NCBI GenBank assembly: GCA_947054505.1
Contig: CAMRWU010000009.1
Coordinates: 2,449 to 66,448 of the forward strand
Direction of reading: 5' to 3'
Source of the DNA: an uncultured Pseudomonadota bacterium
GTDB taxonomy: Bacteria > Pseudomonadota > Alphaproteobacteria > RF32 > CAG-239
Length of the DNA stretch: 64,000 bases
In this document: in pieces, positions 56,936 through 64,000 of the stretch
Layout: every line of letters starts with the position of its first letter
Position numbering within the stretch: the first letter of the stretch is position 1
Program-made: the position numbers and the translations under genes
Notes under the pieces: model-generated
The model's input: the letters and a program-made list of their open reading frames with translations, nothing else
The model's database searches: none
What the model was told of the DNA's origin: nothing

Positions 56936-59128
56936 ATGGAAAATTTATTATCGAAAGAAGAAATGGAAGCCGTTATCAACGGTAATCACGGTAATGTTTT
57001 TGCAGTGTTGGGAATACACAAGGATAAGGGAAGTAAAGAAGTTTTTATTCGCACTTATCAGCCGCATTCCAAGTCTGTAGAAGTCATTGATAACAATAAT
57101 AAATCCCTTGGTTTTATGACACAATTGGACAAGCGCGGATTCTATCAGATTAATCTCGGCGCTGTTGAAAATTTCTCTTACAAATTCCGCATCGAAAATG
57201 ATCTCGGCACGGTTTATGAAGCTGAAGATGTTTATCGTTTTCCATCCACTTTGGGTGATATGGATGTCTATCTTTTTGCAGAGGGCAACCATCTGGAAAT
57301 GTATAAAAAACTTGGTGCACATCCGATGGAAATGGATGGTGTCAAAGGTGTGGGATTTGCTGTTTGGGCGCCCAACGCCAAACGCGTCAGCGTTGTCGGT
57401 GCATTCAATAATTGGGATGGCAGAGTTAATGCCATGCGTTGTCATCAAAGTTGTGGTGTGTGGGATATTTTTATCCCGAATATTGGCGAAGGCGAACTCT
57501 ATAAATACGAAATCAAAAGCCACGACGACTGCATTTTGGTGAAGGCTGATCCGGTTGCTTTTTATTCTGAAAAACGTCCGAATACGGCATCCGTTGTTTA
57601 TGATATCAACCACTACAATTGGTCGGATTCCAATTGGATGAATTATCGCGAGGAGCATAATTCTTTTGATAAGCCGATGTCCATTTACGAGGTGCATTTA
57701 GGCTCGTGGCGTCGCAAGAACGGAAATGAATATTTAACCTATCGCGAACTGGCTGATACTTTGGTTCCCTATGTATCCAATATGGGCTTTACGCATGTTG
57801 AATTTTTGCCGTTGACAGAACATCCTCTTGATTGTTCTTGGGGTTATCAAGTTATCGGGATGTTTGCGCCGACCAGTCGTTTCGGTACCCCTGATGATTT
57901 GCGTTATTTGATTGATAAATTTCATCAGGCCGGCATTGCCGTTATCATGGATTGGGTTCCTGCCCACTTCCCCAAAGACGGTCACGGACTGAATGAATTT
58001 GATGGAACACATTTGTATGAACACGCCGATCCTCGTAAAGGTGAACACACCGATTGGGGAACAAAAATTTACAACTACGGTCGCACCGAAGTATCAAATT
58101 TCCTGTGTGCGAGTGCGGTTTATTGGTTGAAAGAATATCATATCGATGGTTTGCGTGTTGATGCCGTGGCTTCCATGTTGTATTTGGATTATTCTCGTAA
58201 AAACGGTGAGTGGATTCCCAATGTTTATGGCGGCAACGAAAATATTGAAGCGATAGCATTCTTGCGTCGTATGAATGAACTGGGATATTCTCAGGTTAAA
58301 GGAGCGTTTACGGTTGCCGAAGAGTCTACGGCATGGCCGATGGTTTCACGCCCGACATCCATGGGTGGTTTGGGATTCGGCTATAAATGGAATATGGGGT
58401 GGATGAACGACACCTTGCGTTATATTGCCCATGAGCCGATCCATCGCAAATACCATCACGGAATGCTGACATTCGGGTTATTATATGCGTTTAATGAAAA
58501 CTTTATTTTGCCGATTTCGCATGATGAAGTTGTTCATGGCAAGGGTTCTATGCTCTCTAAAATGCCGGGGGACGAGTGGCAAAAATTTGCTAACCTGCGT
58601 GCCTACTACGGGTTTATGTATACTCACCCCGGAAAAAAACTTTTGTTCATGGGATGTGAGTTCGGACAGGATTGGGAATGGAATTCTGAAGAAAGCCTGC
58701 GGTGGCACTTGCTTGATTTCCCGATGTACAAAGGTATGCAGAATTGTGTCCGCGATTTGAACCTGATGTACAAAGGCAATGCACCGTTGTATGAACAAGA
58801 TTTTGACTACCGCGGTTTCGAGTGGATTGACCATTCCAATGCTGACGACAGCGTCATTGCCTACATGCGCAAAGGAACCAATGCCGGTGATTATCTGATT
58901 TCCATCACGAACTTTACGCCAGTTGTTCGCAATGATTATCGTTTGGGTGTTAATGAGCTTTGCGGTTATCAAGAAATTTTTAACAGTGACGATGTAAACT
59001 ACTGGGGTAGTGGCGTTAAAAATGAAGGGGTAAAGTATGCGGAAGAATACGGTTGGAATTGCAAGCCTTATTCCGTACGTTTAACCTTGCCGCCACTGTC
59101 CACAATTGTACTCAAACCGGTAAAGTAA
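56936..59128 (+). CDS. glgB: 1,4-alpha-glucan branching enzyme
   Basis: FAVWAPNA, IYEVHLGSW, DWVPAHFP, DGLRVDAVASMLY, AEEST, SHDEVVHGK. Confidence 0.98.
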   Translation: MENLLSKEEMEAVINGNHGNVFAVLGIHKDKGSKEVFIRTYQPHSKSVEVIDNNNKSLGFMTQLDKRGFYQINLGAVENFSYKFRIENDLGTVYEAEDVYRFPSTLGDMDVYLFAEGNHLEMYKKLGAHPMEMDGVKGVGFAVWAPNAKRVSVVGAFNNWDGRVNAMRCHQSCGVWDIFIPNIGEGELYKYEIKSHDDCILVKADPVAFYSEKRPNTASVVYDINHYNWSDSNWMNYREEHNSFDKPMSIYEVHLGSWRRKNGNEYLTYRELADTLVPYVSNMGFTHVEFLPLTEHPLDCSWGYQVIGMFAPTSRFGTPDDLRYLIDKFHQAGIAVIMDWVPAHFPKDGHGLNEFDGTHLYEHADPRKGEHTDWGTKIYNYGRTEVSNFLCASAVYWLKEYHIDGLRVDAVASMLYLDYSRKNGEWIPNVYGGNENIEAIAFLRRMNELGYSQVKGAFTVAEESTAWPMVSRPTSMGGLGFGYKWNMGWMNDTLRYIAHEPIHRKYHHGMLTFGLLYAFNENFILPISHDEVVHGKGSMLSKMPGDEWQKFANLRAYYGFMYTHPGKKLLFMGCEFGQDWEWNSEESLRWHLLDFPMYKGMQNCVRDLNLMYKGNAPLYEQDFDYRGFEWIDHSNADDSVIAYMRKGTNAGDYLISITNFTPVVRNDYRLGVNELCGYQEIFNSDDVNYWGSGVKNEGVKYAEEYGWNCKPYSVRLTLPPLSTIVLKPVK

Positions 59129-59140
59129 AAGAGGTCAGCA

Positions 59141-61219
59141 ATGCCGAATTTTAAACCATCAAGCGGAACAGGCACGGTTTTAGGCTCTAGTTATGATGGC
59201 AAAGGCGTAAATTTTGCGCTGTTTTCGGCTCATGCTGAAAAGGTTGAATTATGTCTGTTTGATAAGTATGGCGCTCAAGAACTTGAGCGCTATGCGGTGA
59301 CCGAAAACGACAACAACATCTGGCATATTTATCTTGAGGGCGTGCAACCGGGGCAAGTCTACGGTTATCGTGTTTATGGTCCGTACGAACCGGAAAAAGG
59401 CTTCCGTTTCAATCCTAACAAATTGTTGACAGATCCCTACGGCAAAAAGCTTGTCGGCAAACTGATTTGGAACAAGGCGATTTTCGGTTATGATATTGAC
59501 AGTCCGGATAAGGATTTGTCTTTCAGTGCCTTGGATTCCGCCTCCTATGTTCCCAAGTCCGTTGTCGTGGAAGATGGCTATGATTGGGAGGGAGATGTTT
59601 CTCCGAATTATCCTTATGAAAAAACCGTTATTTACGAAACGCAAATGCGTGGTTATACCATGTTGCATCCGCAAATACCGGATTCCAAACGAGGAACATT
59701 TGCCGGTTTTTCACACTTGTCGGTCATGAGTTATTTACAGTGGCTGGGAGTGACCGCGGTAGAGTTTTTGCCGATACATGCTTTCTTTGGTAATCGTCAT
59801 AAAAAGGGATATATCACGGACAATTATTGGGGCTATGAAAGCTTTAGTTTTTTTGCTCCGGAACAATCGTATTTAGCAGGTAATGATCTGTCCGAGATTA
59901 AGGATATGGTCAAGATCATGCATAAACATGGTTTGGAAGTGATTCTTGATGTGGTTTATAATCATACCGGCGAGGGCAATCAGTTGGGGCCGACGTTATG
60001 CTATCGTGGGATTGATAACACGTCTTACTACACGCTCAATCCTGAAAATCCCCGCTACTACTATGATTCGACCGGTTGCGGAGCATCGTTTAATGTCCAA
60101 AATCCGTATGTCCTGCGTTTGGTAATGGATTCTTTGCGTTATTGGGTACAAGAGATGCACGTTGACGGTTTCCGCTTCGATTTGGCACCGACATTGGCAC
60201 GCCAGAAAATGGCTTATAAACAGGATAGCGGATTTTTATATGCCGTGGCACAGGACCCGGTTTTGAAAAAAGTCAAGATGATTGCCGAACCTTGGGATAT
60301 TGGTTACGGCGGCTATCAGGTTGGCGGCTTTTTACCGGGGTGGGGTGAATGGAATGACAAATATCGCGACACGGTTCGTCGCTTTTGGAAAGGTGACGAG
60401 TTTCAAACACCGGAGATGGCCAGTCGCCTGACAGGATCCAGTGATGTTTTTAATCATAACAATCGTGACATCTGGACCAGCATAAATTTTGTGACGGCGC
60501 ATGATGGTTTTAACCTGCGTGATCTGGTTAGCTATAACCAAAAACATAATTCCGCCAATGGTGAAGATAATCGTGATGGCAGTGACAGCAATTGGAGCTG
60601 GAATTCCGGTGCTGAGGGTGAAACGGATAATTCGGTGATACGCGAAAATCGGCTGGCTCGAGCTCGAGCGATGATGGCAACATTGCTCTTGTCTTTTGGC
60701 ACACCGATGTTGGTTGCCGGAGATGAATTGTCGCACACGCAATTGGGCAACAATAATCCGTATTGTCAGGATAATGCGCTGACTTGGCTGACGTGGGAGG
60801 GCATAACCTCATCACATAAAGATTTTGCACGTTTTGTAAAAAAAGTGATTAAGTTGCGGAAGCGTCTGAAGATTTTTGATCGTCGCAAGTTTTTTGTCGG
60901 CCGTCCGGTAGACAAGAGCGGGTTTAAAGACATCACATGGTATACGGAAAGCGGGCAGGAATTTCGTTCTGAAGATTGGCAGAACGGCGCCAGAAAATGT
61001 TTGTCCTATTGTGTATATGCCGGCAGTAAGAGCGTGATGTGTATTTTTAACGCCAATTTTCAGGAACAGGAATGGGTTTTGCCTGATTTGGGAGCCAAAG
61101 CCGAATGGAGTTTAATGTTAGACAGCTCTGCCAAGTTCGATGAAAAGACAGTAGCTGAAAGCGGTAAAAAGATAAAAGTTCCGGAATGGAGCGTTATCGT
61201 GTTTGAAATCAAAAGATGA
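59141..61219 (+). CDS. glgX: Glycogen debranching enzyme
   Basis: GVNFALFS, NYWGY, DVVYNHTGEG, DGFRFDLA, IAEPWD, NFVTAHDGF, GNNNPYCQDN. Confidence 0.97.
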   Translation: MPNFKPSSGTGTVLGSSYDGKGVNFALFSAHAEKVELCLFDKYGAQELERYAVTENDNNIWHIYLEGVQPGQVYGYRVYGPYEPEKGFRFNPNKLLTDPYGKKLVGKLIWNKAIFGYDIDSPDKDLSFSALDSASYVPKSVVVEDGYDWEGDVSPNYPYEKTVIYETQMRGYTMLHPQIPDSKRGTFAGFSHLSVMSYLQWLGVTAVEFLPIHAFFGNRHKKGYITDNYWGYESFSFFAPEQSYLAGNDLSEIKDMVKIMHKHGLEVILDVVYNHTGEGNQLGPTLCYRGIDNTSYYTLNPENPRYYYDSTGCGASFNVQNPYVLRLVMDSLRYWVQEMHVDGFRFDLAPTLARQKMAYKQDSGFLYAVAQDPVLKKVKMIAEPWDIGYGGYQVGGFLPGWGEWNDKYRDTVRRFWKGDEFQTPEMASRLTGSSDVFNHNNRDIWTSINFVTAHDGFNLRDLVSYNQKHNSANGEDNRDGSDSNWSWNSGAEGETDNSVIRENRLARARAMMATLLLSFGTPMLVAGDELSHTQLGNNNPYCQDNALTWLTWEGITSSHKDFARFVKKVIKLRKRLKIFDRRKFFVGRPVDKSGFKDITWYTESGQEFRSEDWQNGARKCLSYCVYAGSKSVMCIFNANFQEQEWVLPDLGAKAEWSLMLDSSAKFDEKTVAESGKKIKVPEWSVIVFEIKR

Positions 61220-63381
61220 ACGGGAGAAAATTGATGTCCGGAGATATTCATGGTTTGGCAACAAAACTGGGACTGGCAACCAAATTTTATGATGCCGGAC
61301 TTTGCCGTCGCGAATATGAAATCAGCGATGAAACGTTAAAATTTTTTATCAAGACTTTAGGCTATCGGGCCGATACGGAAGAGCAGATTGCTCGTTCGTT
61401 TCAACAGCTGGAAGACAAGCGCTGGAAACTGGGGTTGGATAATATTTATGTTGTTGAAGAACATAACGTTGAATGCTCTGTTGTTATCTTATCTTCTGCC
61501 GAAAATGATGACAAGGAATTGACGCTCATTGAGCGACAGACGGGAAACACAGTCAATGTGTCTTATGAGATTATCAATAACAATGAGGTTGCGCAGGTTG
61601 ATGGCAAAGAGCATTTGCGCCTGAAAATAAAAATCAACAATAACTTGGCGCTTGGGTATTATGATTTAAGCTTCAGAGTAAAGAACAAAACGTATAAGAG
61701 CGTTTTGGCAGTTTGTCCGGCAAGATGCTATGAAGCACCGGCAATGGATAAAAAACTTTGGGGCTTTGCAATTCAGCTTTATTCCGTTAAAAGTGAGCGC
61801 AACTGGGGTATCGGTGATTTTAGCGATTTGAAAAATTTGGTTAAAATCTGCGGTCGAGCCGGCGCATCGGTTATCGGGCTAAACCCGTTAAATGTTTTGA
61901 TGCACAATTTTCCTGAAGAAGCCAGTCCCTATTGCTCAATCAGTCGCCTGTTCTTAAACCCTGTTTATATTGATGTTGAGGCTGTTCCCGAGTTTACGGC
62001 ACAGGATAAGGGCGAAATTGAAAATGAGATTAATGAATTGCGTCAGGCAGACTTGATTCAGTATTCTCGAGTCTATCCGCTCAAGATGAAAATGCTTGAG
62101 CGTTGTTATGACCGTTTTGTTGAGGGGACGGATAAAAAACGGCAAGCGGCTTTCAAAGCCTTTTGCAAGGAACAAGGGGCTGATTTGGATAAACTTGCCA
62201 TCTTTGAAACCTTGTATGAAGACATGTCAAAAACCGTATGGGGCGGTTGGCGCGCATGGCCGGAAGAATATCGTCATCCGGCATCACCGGCGATTAAAAC
62301 GTATGCCAAAGAGCATAAATCCCGAATTGACTTTTTCAAGTTTTTGCAGTTTGAGGCGGATCGTCAGTTCAGTCAGGCGCAAGATATGGTTAAAGAAAAC
62401 GGCCTCGGTATCGGCTTTTATCGCGACTTGGCGGTTGGGGTCGGCAAAGATAGTGCCGAACTCTGGAGCAATCCTGAACTGTTTGTGCCCGAAGTTGGCG
62501 CCGGAGCACCTCCTGATGCTTTCTTCCCCGGAGGACAAAGATGGTGTCTGGGAGCTTTCAGTCCCGAAGCCCTAAAAGAAAATTGTTACGAGGCATTTAT
62601 AAAAATTCTGCGTGCCAATATGAAAAATGCCGGTGCGTTGCGCATTGATCATGTGATGAGCTTGATGCGTCTTTACTTGATTCCCGATTGCGGCGAGCAA
62701 GGAACATATTTATATTATAAATTTTCTGATATGTTGAATATTGTTGCGCTGGAAAGTCACTTAAATCAGTGTGTCATTGTCGGCGAAAGTATTGGTAATG
62801 TGCCGGAAGGATTTTTAGAGACATTACAGGCAAAAAATATCCATTCGCTGAGTGTTTTATGGTCAGAGCGTTATGATGCCGGCTGGGGCGATTTTGCCGC
62901 ACCGTCATGCTATCCGAGCGCCGCTTTTGCTTCTGTCGGCACCCATGATATGGCACCGTTGCGCATGTGGTGGTTTGGATATGATATTGAGTTGAGCCGT
63001 TCATTGGGGCTGATAGCTGATGACCATTGCAAGGGGGAAGCCTATCATAAGCGTGAAATCGACCGTTGCAAGCTATTGTTTGCACTGGACAGCAATTGTG
63101 TATGGCCGGAAGATAATTTGCGTCATGCTGATTGTTTGTATGGTGAGAAATATCCGGAGGGAATTGAGGAAGCTGTTCTCCGGTTTATGTCCCGTTGCGC
63201 ATCACAGGTCTTTTTAGCACAACTGGAAGATATCCTTCATGTTGAGAAACTTCAAAATCTGCCGGGGACTGATCGTGACAAGCACCCGAACTGGCGTCGA
63301 AAACTTCCGGTAACACTGGAATGCTTGGAAAGTGATATTGCCTATGTCAGAAACATTGCCGCAATAAAACGAGAGCGATAA
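61216..63381 (+). CDS. malQ: 4-alpha-glucanotransferase (amylomaltase, GH77)
   Basis: WGIGDFSDL, SPYCSISR, YRDLAVG, GAPPD, LRIDHVM, THDM, NLPGT...PNWRRKL. Confidence 0.96.
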   Translation: MNGRKLMSGDIHGLATKLGLATKFYDAGLCRREYEISDETLKFFIKTLGYRADTEEQIARSFQQLEDKRWKLGLDNIYVVEEHNVECSVVILSSAENDDKELTLIERQTGNTVNVSYEIINNNEVAQVDGKEHLRLKIKINNNLALGYYDLSFRVKNKTYKSVLAVCPARCYEAPAMDKKLWGFAIQLYSVKSERNWGIGDFSDLKNLVKICGRAGASVIGLNPLNVLMHNFPEEASPYCSISRLFLNPVYIDVEAVPEFTAQDKGEIENEINELRQADLIQYSRVYPLKMKMLERCYDRFVEGTDKKRQAAFKAFCKEQGADLDKLAIFETLYEDMSKTVWGGWRAWPEEYRHPASPAIKTYAKEHKSRIDFFKFLQFEADRQFSQAQDMVKENGLGIGFYRDLAVGVGKDSAELWSNPELFVPEVGAGAPPDAFFPGGQRWCLGAFSPEALKENCYEAFIKILRANMKNAGALRIDHVMSLMRLYLIPDCGEQGTYLYYKFSDMLNIVALESHLNQCVIVGESIGNVPEGFLETLQAKNIHSLSVLWSERYDAGWGDFAAPSCYPSAAFASVGTHDMAPLRMWWFGYDIELSRSLGLIADDHCKGEAYHKREIDRCKLLFALDSNCVWPEDNLRHADCLYGEKYPEGIEEAVLRFMSRCASQVFLAQLEDILHVEKLQNLPGTDRDKHPNWRRKLPVTLECLESDIAYVRNIAAIKRER

Positions 63382-63392
63382 ATGAGTAAAAG

Positions 63393-63424
63393 AAAAGCCG
63401 CAGACTGTATCTGCGGCTTTTTTT
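63393..63424. terminator. Bidirectional intrinsic terminator
   Basis: AAAAGCCGCAGA-CTGTA-TCTGCGGCTTTTTTT. Confidence 0.88.
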
Positions 63425-63428
63425 GTTG

Positions 63429-64000
63429 TTACTGACATATTTTCTCAACGTAAAGCTCAGCTTTATAATTTTGATAATTTATAAAAGGCTGAACAGGATA
63501 CGTTGTGTAAAAGATGTCAGCCAAGTGCTTCGGGATACATAATTCTGGAGCAGGAGTAACCTTTGTGTCGAAGAATATTTGAGCAATTCCTGACTGTACG
63601 GTCGTCTCCATATTTGTACCCGTCTCAAACGCCATCCCAATATTGGCCGGAAATTTTTTCAAAACACCGGTAATGTTCTGACAGCTTGTAAACATTGAGC
63701 TTGCATCTTGAAGTGAATCCGGAAGTTCAGGGAATGTACCGGATAGATTTACCCCTCCGGCAAACATTAATTGTCCTCGAACCAATCCTTTGGGGAGAGG
63801 CGGAATTGAGCCGCTCAATCCGGTACATTCGGCAAACATAGCTTCACCATTAACCAGTGAACTAGGCAGAGCCGGAATTGATCCTGTCAAATTCCAATCC
63901 CCCATAAACATCCCCGTTCCGTTGACAAGAGAACTTGGGAGCTGCGGTATGCTTCCTGTTAATCCCTCGCAAGAGGCAAACATATGGGTTCCGTTTGTCA
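63429..64000 (-). CDS. LRR-like repeat protein, 24-aa repeats (partial, starts beyond right edge)
   Basis: Repeats of GSIPxLPSSLVNGxxMFxxxxxL(T/S); the frame is open to the window edge. Confidence 0.75.
   Translation of the reverse strand, partial: TNGTHMFASCEGLTGSIPQLPSSLVNGTGMFMGDWNLTGSIPALPSSLVNGEAMFAECTGLSGSIPPLPKGLVRGQLMFAGGVNLSGTFPELPDSLQDASSMFTSCQNITGVLKKFPANIGMAFETGTNMETTVQSGIAQIFFDTKVTPAPELCIPKHLADIFYTTYPVQPFINYQNYKAELYVEKICQ

Overview
Chromosomal window from an AT-rich alphaproteobacterium. The lineage markers are FzlA, FlaF, DUF4167, RpoH, YejAB and IHF-beta/LapA. A class III ribonucleotide reductase suggests anaerobic capability; a host- or gut-associated RF32-like lineage is my inference only. 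Most genes are housekeeping or metabolic: pepF, nrdD/G, eno, asnS, rpoH, prmC, clpB, accA/D, thrS, galE, tRNA-Leu(CAA) and glgB-glgX-malQ. I see no integrase, transposase, CRISPR array or rRNA. The standout is a small stand-alone cytoplasmic protein coupled to the end of clpB (39469-39906). By eye it aligns motif-for-motif with the CD38/ADP-ribosyl cyclase catalytic core. Other oddities are a tandem pair of orphan VirB8 paralogs divergent from a TolC-Ig/cadherin fusion lipoprotein, and several effector-like orphans (PcfJ-domain, LPD7-like, HExxH, 24-aa LRR-like). There is also a split thioredoxin-type NrdD with tandem NrdR boxes, a GlmU lacking its acetyltransferase half, a bat operon lacking MoxR/DUF58, a compact GPR/RgsE-like protein and an AsnRS unusual for the class. 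All family assignments come from motif recognition by eye, not database searches.
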